In this document: piece by piece, positions 1-10,513 of the stretch
Layout: every line of letters begins with the position of its first letter
How positions within the stretch are numbered: the stretch's first letter is position 1
Assembly (NCBI GenBank): GCA_044224525.1
Contig: JBGAKI010000001.1
Location: forward strand, 12,917 to 76,916
DNA length: 64,000 nucleotides
Origin: Polyangiales bacterium
GTDB lineage: Bacteria; Myxococcota_A; Polyangia; Polyangiales; CBDCBC01
Direction of reading: 5' to 3'
Translations under genes and position numbers: made by a program
The notes under the pieces: model-generated
Seen by the model: the letters and a program-made list of their open reading frames with translations, nothing else
The model's database searches: none
What the model was told of the DNA's origin: nothing

Positions 1-11
1 TGAGACCAAGC

Positions 12-806
12 TCAAAGCCGAGTACACGCCGAGCGCAGCCCACCAACAAAAGATGACACTGCTTTATCTGGTGCTGCTGGGTTTAGCGCGATCTTTTCGA
101 CGATCGCGCTACCGACCACGACGCCATCTGCAAAACGCGCAAGCTTAGCAACATCGTCCGGTGTCTTAACGCCAAAACCCACCCCAACATGTGGTTGGAT
201 CTGGCTTTTGAGCGCGGCATAGTGCGTTGCAACATCTTGTGCATTGAGCGTCGCTGAGCCCGTGACACCGGTCAATGAAACATAATAAACAAACGATGAG
301 GCCAGTCGATTGGCGTGCTCAATGCGATCAGATGTCGAGGTTGGCGCAACCAGCGGCACATAGTCGAGCCCCTGCGCTCGTAAAAGCGCATGCAACCCGC
401 CCGCTTCTTCAAGCGGCAAGTCGACTAAAAGTACGCCATCCACGCCCGCTTGTTTAGCCGCCCGAACAAAGTTTTCCTCACCCATCGCCAGCACCGGATT
501 GTAATAACCAAAAAGCACAATCGGCACTTGGCTCGTTTTGCGCACTTCAGCGATCGCATCGAGCGTCCCGCGCATCGTGGTGCCAGCTTTCAGCGCTCGC
601 TCACTTGCTTGTTGAATCGTCGGTCCATCGGCTGTGGGATCGCTAAAGGGCACACCCACTTCAACGATATCCGCACCGGCGTCGGCCAGCGCCAAAATCA
701 GCGCCGGGGTCTTCTCAAGCGAAGGATCTCCCGCGCACAAATACGTGATCAAAGCCGCGCGTTTTTCTTGGGCGGCGCGTTCAAAAGCCTGTTGGATGCG
801 ACTCAT
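12..806 (-). CDS. trpA: Tryptophan synthase alpha chain
   Basis: [23 protein letters not shown] and DGVVVGSA motifs; overlaps trpB stop. Confidence 0.97.
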   Translation of the reverse strand: MSRIQQAFERAAQEKRAALITYLCAGDPSLEKTPALILALADAGADIVEVGVPFSDPTADGPTIQQASERALKAGTTMRGTLDAIAEVRKTSQVPIVLFGYYNPVLAMGEENFVRAAKQAGVDGVLLVDLPLEEAGGLHALLRAQGLDYVPLVAPTSTSDRIEHANRLASSFVYYVSLTGVTGSATLNAQDVATHYAALKSQIQPHVGVGFGVKTPDDVAKLARFADGVVVGSAIVEKIALNPAAPDKAVSSFVGGLRSACTRL

Positions 807-2002
807 GGTTTTAGTTGCTCTAAAATAGTTTGAAGATCTTTGTCACCACGACCTGATAAACACACCACAATCTGGTCATTCGTTTTCCATGGTTTGTCAG
901 GTTTCAGCACAAAACCAAGCGCGTGGCTCGTTTCAAGGGCAGCCAGGATGCCCTCGGTTTTCGCCAAGGTCTTGAAACCTTCAAGTGCCTCGGCATCGGT
1001 GATCGCGACATAACGCGCGCGCCCCCTGTCTTTGAGCCACGCGTGCTGGGGCCCCACACCCGGATAATCAAGCCCCGCGCTGATCGAATGTGCTTCGGTG
1101 ATCTGGCCATCGGCGTTTTGCAGCACGTAACTTTTTGCGCCGTGCAACACGCCCACGTGGCCCGCGTTGAGCGGGGCACCGTGTTGCCCCGACGCGATGC
1201 CATGTCCACCGGCTTCAACGCCGATCAGCTTCACCTCGTGGTCGCCAATAAACGCGTCAAAAATCCCCATGGCATTCGACCCGCCGCCCACACACGCCAC
1301 CACATGGGTTGGTAAGCTTTTGAGCTGCGCCTGCGCTTGCTCGCGCGCCTCTTGCCCGATCACCGCCTGAAAATCACGCACCATGGTCGGATAAGGATGC
1401 GGCCCCGCAACCGACCCCACGCAATAATATGTATGGGCAACGTTGCCGACCCAATCGCGCAGCGCCTCATTCATCGCATCCTTCAGCGTACGCGATCCCG
1501 ATTCAACCACGCGCACCTTCGCGCCCAAAAGTTTCATGCGTTGCACATTGGGCGCTTGGCGGCGCACATCTTCAGCGCCCATAAAAATCTCACACGCCAC
1601 ATTCAGTAGCGCACATGCTGTCGCTGTCGCAACGCCATGTTGCCCGGCGCCAGTTTCAGCGATCACCCGCGTTTTGCCCATCCGTTTGGCAAGCAACACT
1701 TGCCCCAGGGTATTGTTTACCTTGTGCGCGCCCGTATGACACAAATCCTCGCGCTTCAGCCAAACCTTTGCCCCAGCGACTTCCGAGAAACGCTGCGCGA
1801 AATAAAGCGGCGTTGGGCGCCCAACATAATCTTTGAGCAACCCGGCACACATCGCTTGAAACGTGGGGTCAGCCTTTGCTTCGTCATAGGCTTTGACTAG
1901 CTCGGCAAGCGCGGGCATGAGCGTTTCGCTGACATATTGCCCGCCATAAGGCCCAAATTTACCGTTCTGCGCCTCGCGCAATAAATTAACGTCGATGTTC
2001 AT
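803..2002 (-). CDS. trpB: Tryptophan synthase beta chain
   Basis: [15 protein letters not shown] lysine motif, [20 protein letters not shown]. Confidence 0.98.
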   Translation of the reverse strand: MNIDVNLLREAQNGKFGPYGGQYVSETLMPALAELVKAYDEAKADPTFQAMCAGLLKDYVGRPTPLYFAQRFSEVAGAKVWLKREDLCHTGAHKVNNTLGQVLLAKRMGKTRVIAETGAGQHGVATATACALLNVACEIFMGAEDVRRQAPNVQRMKLLGAKVRVVESGSRTLKDAMNEALRDWVGNVAHTYYCVGSVAGPHPYPTMVRDFQAVIGQEAREQAQAQLKSLPTHVVACVGGGSNAMGIFDAFIGDHEVKLIGVEAGGHGIASGQHGAPLNAGHVGVLHGAKSYVLQNADGQITEAHSISAGLDYPGVGPQHAWLKDRGRARYVAITDAEALEGFKTLAKTEGILAALETSHALGFVLKPDKPWKTNDQIVVCLSGRGDKDLQTILEQLKP

Positions 2003-2064
2003 GAATCAAACCACCTTAGCACATGCTCGATGACGTTCACCCTGCCGACCAGCCCAACTCCGGA

Positions 2065-2697
2065 CTAGCGGCGCACAGCGCTAACAAAATCGCGCAACAG
2101 TTGTGCATCCTTTTTCCCAGGTTGTGATTCAACACCACTTGCAACGTCGACTGCAAAAGGTCGCGTGGCCTCAATCGCTTGAACGACGTTGCTCGGAGTT
2201 AGCCCTCCAGCAACGATCACCTTGCGTTCGCGCGCCAAATCATGGGCAAGCCGCCATTCAAAGGGTTGCCCTGTGCCACCCGGTACGCCAGGCTCATACC
2301 CATCGACCAGAAGGTAGTCCCCCGGATAAGCGCGCGCCAACTCAAGACTCGTTTCGCTACGCACACGAATCGCCTTATACGCATGCGGAAGCAGTGCCTG
2401 CATGTATTCGGATGTTTCGTAGCCATGTAGCTGCACACAATCAAGGCCCACTTCGTCACGAATGCGCGTCACGTCATCAACGTTCGCGTCGACAAACACG
2501 CCCACGATCCACATCGCATCACCCAATGCTTCAACGATGGCTTTTGCATCCGCAGGTGCACAATAGCGTGGTGATCGTGGATAAAAATTAATTCCAATCG
2601 ACTCCACGCCCAACGTTTCACACAACTTGGCGTCTTCGATGTTTGTGATGCCGCAGATCTTAATCGCGCAGCGTTGCGACTCAGCGCTCAAGCTCAT
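2065..2697 (-). CDS. trpF: Phosphoribosylanthranilate isomerase (start at ATG 2697 inferred)
   Basis: KICGIT, VQLHG, GGTG, AGGL, VDVASGVE motifs; upstream of trpB. Confidence 0.95.
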   Translation of the reverse strand: MSLSAESQRCAIKICGITNIEDAKLCETLGVESIGINFYPRSPRYCAPADAKAIVEALGDAMWIVGVFVDANVDDVTRIRDEVGLDCVQLHGYETSEYMQALLPHAYKAIRVRSETSLELARAYPGDYLLVDGYEPGVPGGTGQPFEWRLAHDLARERKVIVAGGLTPSNVVQAIEATRPFAVDVASGVESQPGKKDAQLLRDFVSAVRR

Positions 2698-3019
2698 CCT
2701 CAGGTTTTGCTGTCTCAAGACGCTTCAGAAAATTAAAACTATAAATCCCCGTCGAGTGACCGTCAGCCCAGGTCAAGCGCAACGCGTAGTTACCCACTTC
2801 GGCCAAATCCGCGAGCTCAGTGTTACCACCCGCTACAAAACGCGCTGGCCCTTGGTGACCCTGGCAGGTGGCGCAAGGGCAAAACCCACGCAAAAGGCTG
2901 TGTGTAAGCGTGGTTTGCTGTCCGTCCGACCACACGATCGTCATTGTGTCGGCGCCTTTAGGCGCGCGTATTTCTACTGGTGTGATTGGCAAGCTCACCC
3001 TATCAGTGTGACCTTGCAC
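2681..3019 (-). CDS. DUF971 / gamma-butyrobetaine hydroxylase N-terminal-like protein
   Basis: LRGFCPCATCQGH and VGNYALRLTWADGHSTGIYSF motifs. Confidence 0.9.
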   Translation of the reverse strand: MQGHTDRVSLPITPVEIRAPKGADTMTIVWSDGQQTTLTHSLLRGFCPCATCQGHQGPARFVAGGNTELADLAEVGNYALRLTWADGHSTGIYSFNFLKRLETAKPEDELER

Positions 3020-3025
3020 AGGCTT

Positions 3026-3862
3026 TTACGCAACCGCATCGATATCAGTCGCGTGCTCAACACACTCTTGCGCGTCCACCACCGGGTTTATCTGCACCCT
3101 AAACGCCAAGCGTGCAAAAAGTTTGAGGCCCTGTAAAGGCTTCTCAAGTTTCGCCTCGGTAAATGCCTCAAGCATTTTGCGCGACTCAGTCCATTGTTGC
3201 GCTGAAAGTTCATGAGCCTCGTTATAAAGGCTCAAGTCACCAAGCGATCGCGCATAAAGACTGCGCAGCAAAAAGCTGCGGCTCGTTGCGCTCAAGGTCA
3301 GTGTTCCGCCCCCACACCCGCGACAACGAATCGCACCAAGTTCAGGGCTAAACAGTGCGCTTTGCTCGGCCTCTGGTTTTTTTTGGCACCCCACACACGC
3401 ATCAAGCCTCGGTGCAAACCCAAGCACGGCCAAAACACGCAGCTGCGTTGTCAAAAGCATGGCTGCCATGCCCGCGCGACTGGTCGCGCTCAACATATCG
3501 AGCGCCGCGCACACTTCGTCAAACAAATGTGCGTCGGGTTGGGCAGCGAGCGTGCCTTCGCGCACCGCCTCAAGCAAGGCCCCCACGGCCGACATCGCCA
3601 AAAGATTGCTAAACAACGCCGACGAAGGATTGTCGACATTGGCTTCGTTGAGGCGCCAAAGCTGCCCTTTGCGCGTGCTTAGACGCACACGGATCTTACC
3701 GCCCGTATCGAGCGCCGCAGTAAAACGTTTGCGGCTTTTACGTGCACCCGCCGCGAACGCGCCAATCTTTCCCAGATCAGGCGTCAGCAGGGTGACGATG
3801 CGATCGCTCTCGCCGTAATCGATGCTGCGAAGGACGATGGCTTCAGTCGAGTGCATAGGCAT
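3026..3862 (-). CDS. recO: DNA repair protein RecO
   Basis: EAIVLRSIDYGESDRIVTLLT, GARKSRKRF, CxxC...CxxC zinc finger. Confidence 0.95.
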   Translation of the reverse strand: MPMHSTEAIVLRSIDYGESDRIVTLLTPDLGKIGAFAAGARKSRKRFTAALDTGGKIRVRLSTRKGQLWRLNEANVDNPSSALFSNLLAMSAVGALLEAVREGTLAAQPDAHLFDEVCAALDMLSATSRAGMAAMLLTTQLRVLAVLGFAPRLDACVGCQKKPEAEQSALFSPELGAIRCRGCGGGTLTLSATSRSFLLRSLYARSLGDLSLYNEAHELSAQQWTESRKMLEAFTEAKLEKPLQGLKLFARLAFRVQINPVVDAQECVEHATDIDAVA

Positions 3863-4290
3863 GTAGTGTTATTATTGGCATCCGAGGCGTCAGAAAGGCG
3901 AAAGCTGTTGACACGATTGCGTGGTGCCCACACCACCGACAATGACAATGCACATAACACAAAAAGCACAATAAAGGCGACAATTAGCCCAAGGCGGTTG
4001 CTGCGCTCAACGCCGCTTGTCATGCCTGGAGGCAATGCCGCAAGCGCCGGGGTCGAACGCAAATCAAAATAACGCTCAAGCATCCACTCGATGTTGAGGC
4101 CAAGACACTGCGCATACGAGCGGACAAACCCTTTGATAAACGCCTCGCCAGGCAGCTCATCAAAACGGCCAGCCTCAATGCGGTTCAATAAATCAAGCGG
4201 GATGCGCGTTAAGCGCGAGATTTCTTGCAACTTCATCCGTCGCTCCCTGCGGGCGCGGCGTAGTACGCTGCCGATCGTCTCTCCAGTCAT
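3784..4290 (-). CDS. RodZ-like HTH membrane protein (short form)
   Basis: IGSVLRRAR...IEAGRFDELPGEAFIKGFVRSYA HTH followed by a TM helix. Confidence 0.85.
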   Translation of the reverse strand: MTGETIGSVLRRARRERRMKLQEISRLTRIPLDLLNRIEAGRFDELPGEAFIKGFVRSYAQCLGLNIEWMLERYFDLRSTPALAALPPGMTSGVERSNRLGLIVAFIVLFVLCALSLSVVWAPRNRVNSFRLSDASDANNNTTCLCTRLKPSSFAASITARAIASSPC

Positions 4291-4425
4291 AGCGAAAAGG
4301 TACTAACACATCTGAATGCCGACGGCTACGCTGAAAAGTGCAAAAAGTCACAGTTTGCAAAAAAAACTAATCATTTCAACGGTTATTCGCGGTCGCCAGC
4401 GTTCACCCCAGCCATCCAAGCGATC

Positions 4426-5238
4426 TTAGCTCTCGCTTGGAGCATTGGGCTCGGGCGGATGCGCCGGGGTAGCGTCGAGCGCTTCCTTGCATTCACTGCC
4501 CACGGGGCTATCAGCATCGACTTCGACGCATTTTTCAAAATCGTCGCGCGCTCGATCGTGCTCGCCTTGCTCAAGGCGCACCTTGCCGCGCATCAGCCAT
4601 GTTTCCTGAAGGCGGCCGCAGCGCTTGTCCGTCGATTCAAGCCCGGCGGTCAGTGCCCTATCAGCTTCCTTGGCCTTACCAAGCTTCATGTACGCCTGGC
4701 CAAGCCGATAATAGCCAACACAAAACCGTGGCTCGTGGCGCACGGCGCGCAAAAGGGCATCGATCGCATCAGGGTAGTTGCGCATCTCCAGGTAAGCCCA
4801 TCCCAGGTTACCCCAGGCCAAATGGGGCTCACGATTCAAAATGTCCGAGGTCGCCTCGCGTAGTTCGCGCACGGCCTGCTCATATCGGCGCTGATTAATA
4901 AAAAGCACGCCCAAACTATTGCGCGCTTCAGGGCTGCGCGTGCGGATGCGCAATACCTCGCGCAGATGCTTTTCGGCCTTTTCATTGTTGCCGCGCATCA
5001 TGAACAGGTTACCTAAAAGCAAGTGTGCGTCCGCGTTGTCGTTATCAAGTTCTGTGGCGCGAAACAAATGATGAAAGGCGCCAGGTAGGTTGTTCTCTTG
5101 CCAAAGCCCGACCGCAAGCTCGTATTCTTTTTGCGAACGGATCACGTCGTCGGCCTGAGGCCCACCGCCGCATGCTACAAAGAGCAGCGACAGCGACAAA
5201 CAGATCATGGATAACCTAGTGGATAACCTAGCGTTCAT
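4426..5238 (-). CDS. tgl: TPR lipoprotein, Tgl/PilF-like type IV pilus secretin assembly factor
   Basis: Lipobox FVAC, tandem TPRs, EARNSLG/AWGNLGW, PRFC motif; next to rodZ-like and recO as in myxobacteria. Confidence 0.75.
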   Translation of the reverse strand: MNARLSTRLSMICLSLSLLFVACGGGPQADDVIRSQKEYELAVGLWQENNLPGAFHHLFRATELDNDNADAHLLLGNLFMMRGNNEKAEKHLREVLRIRTRSPEARNSLGVLFINQRRYEQAVRELREATSDILNREPHLAWGNLGWAYLEMRNYPDAIDALLRAVRHEPRFCVGYYRLGQAYMKLGKAKEADRALTAGLESTDKRCGRLQETWLMRGKVRLEQGEHDRARDDFEKCVEVDADSPVGSECKEALDATPAHPPEPNAPSES

Positions 5239-5256
5239 AGCTCACGATTATCTGCA

Positions 5257-5940
5257 TCAAAGTGGCACATGCGCAAGCCGAATGCTCTCGTTACCCTCGA
5301 GAAGCTTGGCCAGTTCGCGCAGCGGCGCAGCATCAGCGATCACAATGCGATCACTTTCAAGCGTCAGATAGCCCTTGTCGCGCAATTGCCCGACCACCTG
5401 TTTCACCTCATCCACATGCAATACCAAATGGCTCGATAGCTCCACCGGGGTCAAGGTGAGCGCTTGGCCATTGCTAACCTTTTCGGCGGTGTGCAGCATT
5501 TGCACTAAGCCACGCACAATGCGCAGCGACGCATTTTGCACCAACATGTTTTCAAGCTGCTCTTCGGCATAACGCAAGCGCTCCACCAACTGCGACACCA
5601 GCGTCATCGCCACTTCAACGTTGCTCGCCATCAAATCGGTGAGCGTGCTGCGATGCAGCGCCAGCACCGACACATCCGAAAGCGCCACCGCCGAGTTACG
5701 CCGTTTGGCTTCTTCAAACCAAGCCTCGTCACCAAAGAGCTCGCCCGCTTTCAATACGCGCAAGCTATACGTCGAATCGCCATTTTTCACGATCAGCTGC
5801 ACGCGCCCACTTTGCAGCAAAAAACAATCATTCGCCGCATCGCCCTGCTCATAAATGGTCGCTCGCGCTGAAAACGTCTTGCCGTAGCGCCGAATCAGCC
5901 GACTAAGCTCATCGGTTTCGGGGTATTCCGAGACACTCAT
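5257..5940 (-). CDS. Crp/Fnr family transcriptional regulator
   Basis: cNMP-binding domain (GELFGDEA...RRNSAVA) plus C-terminal HTH. Confidence 0.9.
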   Translation of the reverse strand: MSVSEYPETDELSRLIRRYGKTFSARATIYEQGDAANDCFLLQSGRVQLIVKNGDSTYSLRVLKAGELFGDEAWFEEAKRRNSAVALSDVSVLALHRSTLTDLMASNVEVAMTLVSQLVERLRYAEEQLENMLVQNASLRIVRGLVQMLHTAEKVSNGQALTLTPVELSSHLVLHVDEVKQVVGQLRDKGYLTLESDRIVIADAAPLRELAKLLEGNESIRLAHVPL

Positions 5941-5963
5941 GGCTTATTCATAGCGCGGGTCAC

Positions 5964-5994
5964 CCCCAAAAACCAAAGACTTTGTATAAGCCGA
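5964..5994 (+). repeat. 31-bp direct repeat, copy 1 (left island boundary; probable IS4 left-end sequence)
   Basis: ccccaaaaaccaaagactttgtataagccga identical to 12801-12831, similarity continues ~13 bp further. Confidence 0.9.
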
Positions 5995-6074
5995 GGCTTA
6001 AGAAGAATGGTTGCCCATACATCGATTTCAAAAGAAATATCACCAAGAGTCGTTAGGCTGGCTTTTGGTGGGAA

Positions 6075-6428
6075 ACACGTCTAGCCACTGTAATCGCGTC
6101 CGTCGAAACGCTACTGGTGGGCAAGCGGCTTACGCTTACCGCAATCGGCCGCAGTTTAGCGATGCGCTCTGCATGCTTTGCTAAACACAGCATCAAGCGT
6201 ATTGACCGCTTACTTGGCAATCGCCTTTTGCATAAAGAGCTGCCGATGTATTGGAAGTCACGAAGTCATGCACTCATTGCGCAGCAAAGTAGGCCACTTA
6301 TTCTCGTCGACTGGACACAGATAGCGCCTTACAGCGCGCGATGGGCGCTCGTAGCAAGCATCGCATTCAAAGGACGAGCCGCGCCCATCTATGCGCAAGT
6401 GTATCCTGAGCATCGCCAAGCCAAGTAG
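6075..6428 (+). pseudogene. IS4-family (IS10-like) transposase N-terminal fragment
   Basis: RLTLTAIGRS...KHSIKRIDRLLGN...LILVDWT...LVASIAFKGRAAPIY; in-frame stop upstream, truncated at 6428 where MITE-like sequence starts. Confidence 0.85.
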
Positions 6429-6474
6429 TCCCATGATCAAGGTCTGCCCAAGTAGTCCCATGATCGAGGTCTGC
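6421..6474 (+). repeat. 27-bp tandem duplication containing a MITE left end
   Basis: ccaagtagtcccatgatc(a/g)aggtctgc twice. Confidence 0.9.
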
Positions 6475-6617
6475 AAGCGAAATGATATTGGTTGCTTATC
6501 AAGCAGAGCGCTATTTTCCAGGTGGCGCTAGCTCTTCTTTTATCCAAACCAAAAACCGCGCTTAATCTTACAACCTATTGAAATTCTTGGTCCGAAAATG
6601 CCAGACATGGGAGCTAG
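6453..6617. mobile_element. MITE-like element A (TCCCATG...CATGGGA ends)
   Basis: Left end tagtcccatgatc, right end catgggagctag; left portion resembles element at 8006-8150. Confidence 0.6.
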
Positions 6618-6740
6618 TCTTCTTAGCGAAGACAGTAACCACTGAGTTAAGCCTATCGGGCCCGCTTTTCCGCTAATTTTCTGCCTCTGGCTTCCGATCA
6701 ACATTCGGTTTGACCAGGTACCCTGTTCGATACATATTGG

Positions 6741-7994
6741 TTGATGCGCAACTTGGCTTTTTTATGTTTAGGGCTGGTTTTAGGCTGCTCGGCTCAATCA
6801 CAAACGCTTGTCGACAGCCAGGCGCCGGTAAAGGATAAACAAGGCGTTGGTCACGCTAACAGCGTGGCGATTTTCCTTTACGACCTTCATAGCGAGGGCA
6901 TGGCTTCGCCCTTGGTTCCATTAGCATCGGGCACAATTATCGGACACTCGCTTTATACTGCGCGGCACACTGTGAGAGATGTTATCAGTAGCCTGCAAGA
7001 TAACGATTTGTGTTTGGTTTTTAACCAGGCGCCGCAACGCTATTACTGCGTGACGGAGGATGCGATCAACTTTCATTCCCACGTCGCGCAGCGACAAGGG
7101 AAAACAGAGCGCTACTATTATGTGGTGTACGACAACACAGTAACTAGAAACAATCACACAAAAATTTTTTCAGAGCGGGTCACGCTTAGCGATGTTGGCG
7201 ATGTTCGTGTGGTTGACCCGATGGAGAATCACGCCGGCCCACAAAATAATGTTAGTGATGAACAAAGCTACGCTTACGGTGAAAGTTATGATGGGGCGCG
7301 CATTGACTTTGCGCGCGATTGGTCGGATGTGTTAGAGGAAAGTGGGCTCAAAAAGCTGGAGCCCTTAGACCTTGCAGATTCACCACCTGGCGCTGGAGCA
7401 TGGATTAATGGCTCGCGCGACACAAGTACGTACTCCACCACTATCGATTCAGGTAGAACCAAGCCCTTATCAGCCACTGTTCAACAGCCGGTTACCATCG
7501 AGCATTATTCCAGTTCGATGCTAGAGCAGTTTCAAATCTTTTCACTTAAACAAACATTTGACGATTTACTGAACGAAGATGTCAGCGAAGCAACTCAAGA
7601 TGCCTTTTCTGCCTTTACACAAGACGAAGCGAATCTTTTGCCTATCGATGGTGGCGATTCGGGCGGCGGACTACTAATCATAGAAAACGGTATGTGGAAG
7701 CTGGCTGGCATCGTGTCGGGTTTTCCGTGCCTGCCCACAAGCGCCGATCAAGATGCGGTGCCGAACCTTAACCTCTACAAAAAGAAATGGAATGCTCTTA
7801 AGGTTTATCGCCCCACCACATATGCGTATATACAGAACAAGCTAGAAGGGCAAAAAGACGCACAAGGCAAGCTTGATGCAAATACTGTAGTGTGTATGAA
7901 CCAATACACGCGCGCCGATAAGAACAGCGACCTTGGTAAATGGTTTTTGACCATTGAAACTATCTCCCATGATCTACCCGCATTATCTGAATGA
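6741..7994 (+). CDS. Trypsin-like (S1) serine protease lipoprotein
   Basis: Lipobox VLGC; YTARH (His), YDGARI (candidate Asp), GGDSGGGL (Ser), WKLAGIVS. Confidence 0.8.
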   Translation: MMRNLAFLCLGLVLGCSAQSQTLVDSQAPVKDKQGVGHANSVAIFLYDLHSEGMASPLVPLASGTIIGHSLYTARHTVRDVISSLQDNDLCLVFNQAPQRYYCVTEDAINFHSHVAQRQGKTERYYYVVYDNTVTRNNHTKIFSERVTLSDVGDVRVVDPMENHAGPQNNVSDEQSYAYGESYDGARIDFARDWSDVLEESGLKKLEPLDLADSPPGAGAWINGSRDTSTYSTTIDSGRTKPLSATVQQPVTIEHYSSSMLEQFQIFSLKQTFDDLLNEDVSEATQDAFSAFTQDEANLLPIDGGDSGGGLLIIENGMWKLAGIVSGFPCLPTSADQDAVPNLNLYKKKWNALKVYRPTTYAYIQNKLEGQKDAQGKLDANTVVCMNQYTRADKNSDLGKWFLTIETISHDLPALSE

Positions 7995-8005
7995 AACACC
8001 GACTA

Positions 8006-8150
8006 GCTCCCATGATCTAGCCTTAGAAGATCAATGATTTTTGGTGGTTGCAGGCGTAACGCTGTTTAACTGCAAATGCGAAATAACAAGACAGCGTTGC
8101 GCCTGTAAGCTTACCATTTTATTGAGCTAATACGGGTAGATCATGGGAGC
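8006..8150. mobile_element. MITE-like element B, 145 bp with 14-bp perfect terminal inverted repeats
   Basis: gctcccatgatcta ... tagatcatgggagc; an additional copy of its right end lies inverted at 7964-7996. Confidence 0.75.
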
Positions 8151-8206
8151 GTTTTCGCGCTCTATCCGTCTTCGTTATCGTTTGCAATGTCGAGCGCGAA
8201 ACAACG

Positions 8207-9658
8207 CTACTGAACAGCGATTTTGCGTTCGCCTATCGTCTGACGATTTGCGTCAGAGTCGATTGCCACAACTTCTAACAAGTGAGCACACGATGACCAG
8301 TTTGTTGTATCGAGTGTTGCTTTGAACCCTGCGTTCGGGCACCCTTTATAGTTGGGATAAAGAGCACATACATCGCTGCGATTTTCAGTTGGAGCAAGTG
8401 TGTCAATACTCACGCCATCGATCAGCAACTCAAGCCGCACATCGGTGCGATTGTCTAGCACCCAACCTTGTATGTTTAGCGGTTCTCCAGCACCAATGCT
8501 TGTTTCTACAAGTGGACTGTCGAGTTCGCCAAACGGTGCGCGCTTTGCAATCAAGGCGTCAAACCGTTCTTTGATGTGATCGTAATCACCAAGCGCAATA
8601 TATGCGCGTCCTCTCACTGTCGCTTTGCTTGCTAGAGCAAAAGGAAACTGAGGCCTAACGCTATGAAAGTAAGGTGCTTTTGATCCATCACCGCCAATAC
8701 CACGAAACTTGGCGAACATTTGATCCATCGCAATGCCCATGCCGTATTTTTGCGCAGGTTGCGTCCAAGCAACCCAACCGTTCTTTGAGTTGAAGTCGGA
8801 ATATTCTGCGCCACTCTTAGCTTGAGTATTTAGTTCAATGCGTTTTCCTTCTGAATCAAACAATCTGTCTAGGTCTAAACCGCTAGCGTTGTTTGCTACA
8901 TATAGCGTCGGAAACTCTTGCTCTGTTTCGACATGGTTCATGTCTTCATCATTTACAACTTCCATCGAAATCTCAACGACATCTGATTCAACAAAGCGAA
9001 ATCGCAGTTTGAATGTAACACCAACATCTTTTAGTGGTTCGCTGCAACCATCATTCTCGCAAGTTGGCGATTTCCAATCGGGGTTCCACTGCCTCGGTTT
9101 AACAATTATTTCTAAGGCATCGTCATCGCGAACTTCGTCGTTGATATTGCTACCGGTAACTTTGCCACCTCGATTGCACTCGTCGCCACCCTGAACGGGA
9201 TTCCATCCTAAATAGGTAATTGATGCGTCACACACTCTATCAGGCGGTTTGCACGATGCATCATAAGCGCAGCCCTGAAACAAACGACTGTTGTCATAAA
9301 TAGCTATTTGCAGCTCTCTACCTGTGTCGTTTGCATCTATCGTATTTCTTGCCGGTTCATATTTGTCGCCAAAAAAAACCACAGAGCCGCCCCATTCTTT
9401 GCGAATGCCGATTTGCGCATCCGAGATGGGGCTCTTTAAGAAAATATCGGTGAACCCACCACGGTTTCGTTTAATAATTGTGGCGGGGCCAGCACTCGGC
9501 AGTTGCATGCGCCACGCATCAAGTGCCTTAACGGGCTCGCGGGGCAGGCATGATTCGCCTACCTTGTCATCGACCTGGATAACCTTGCTGCTTTCGTTGT
9601 CACAACAGACCCATGTGCAGGCGATATGGAGTGTTAAGAAAAGCCTGATGTAAGCCAC
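8207..9658 (-). CDS. Secreted hypothetical protein with C-terminal Ig-like domain
   Basis: 483-aa ORF, signal/lipobox-like N-terminus, C-terminal PFGELDSP...GWVLD...RSDVC...GF...LEVVAID beta-sandwich pattern. Confidence 0.7.
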   Translation of the reverse strand: MAYIRLFLTLHIACTWVCCDNESSKVIQVDDKVGESCLPREPVKALDAWRMQLPSAGPATIIKRNRGGFTDIFLKSPISDAQIGIRKEWGGSVVFFGDKYEPARNTIDANDTGRELQIAIYDNSRLFQGCAYDASCKPPDRVCDASITYLGWNPVQGGDECNRGGKVTGSNINDEVRDDDALEIIVKPRQWNPDWKSPTCENDGCSEPLKDVGVTFKLRFRFVESDVVEISMEVVNDEDMNHVETEQEFPTLYVANNASGLDLDRLFDSEGKRIELNTQAKSGAEYSDFNSKNGWVAWTQPAQKYGMGIAMDQMFAKFRGIGGDGSKAPYFHSVRPQFPFALASKATVRGRAYIALGDYDHIKERFDALIAKRAPFGELDSPLVETSIGAGEPLNIQGWVLDNRTDVRLELLIDGVSIDTLAPTENRSDVCALYPNYKGCPNAGFKATLDTTNWSSCAHLLEVVAIDSDANRQTIGERKIAVQ

Positions 9659-9783
9659 TAATCTAGTTTAACGCAAAACTGGCAAGCGCAAAGTGATAAA
9701 AAAGCACTCAGCTTCTTGCCAAAGAGCGAGGGCGCCGCTGCTGGCTATACGGGCGCCCAAGACGACAAGCCCCGCCAAAGCTG

Positions 9784-10218
9784 GTGCCTGCGCCGTATTT
9801 TCATATGACCCGCTACTACGGAGTGTTTGCCCCGAACGCCGCGCTGAGAAAGCAGGTCATCTTAAAGCTGGCCACGCAGCAGCCTGTACAACTTGTTTTG
9901 TTTGAAGACGCTACAGAAGGCGAGGGCGCAGCTGGCACTTGTACTGGCGCCCAAGACGACAAGCCTGGCCGCACAAAGCGCCAGCGTATTGCATGGGGCA
10001 AGCTGCTAGCCAGAGTGTTCAAGGTCGATGTGAGCGTGTGCGCTAAGTGCAAGGGTGTGATGCGCATTAGCGAAGTGGTGACTACGCGTGACGACATTGA
10101 GGCTGTGCTTGGTCATAAGGGCAAAGGCGGCAAACACAGCCGCGCTGGGCCAAGCGCGCTGAACTTGCCAAACGCCAGCGATGAGCAAGGCGCGCAGCTG
10201 AGCTTGATGCTGATGTAA
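9784..10218 (+). pseudogene. IS91/ISCR-family transposase C-terminal fragment
   Basis: VPAPYFHMTRYYGVFAPN and WGKLLARVFKVDVSVCAKCKGVMRI motifs; N-terminal and HUH part missing. Confidence 0.85.
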
Positions 10219-10276
10219 GCGCCCCCCAAAGACAGGGCCCGCATAAACAAAAGCGACAAGCCCAAGGGCGGGGTGC

Positions 10277-10444
10277 GTGCAAAACACGAGAAAAAAACGT
10301 CAAAAAAGCTTAGTGCACTGGCCTAAAGTCCATGCAGTGCAAATCGCAACTCACATCGCGCGCTTGAATCCGAAAAACAACGACCCGCCCGGCCGCACGA
10401 ACTGAGCGAAAACTCAAAAAAACCGAGTTTGAACCTCCTATACG
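10277..10444 (+). mobile_element. IS91/ISCR oriIS-like right end, copy 1
   Basis: Downstream of the transposase fragment; ends tttgaacctcctatacg, resembling the ISCR oriIS terminus (TTGAACTTCCTATAC). Confidence 0.75.
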
Positions 10445-10513
10445 CTCCCATCGACATTCATTTGGCGCTTGCAGATGACTTGAACTTCATGACTTATGTG
10501 ATACATCAGAGGA

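Noticed and set aside
6421..6474. 27-bp tandem repeat as a mini-CRISPR
   Set aside because: Copies are directly adjacent with no spacer and match MITE ends
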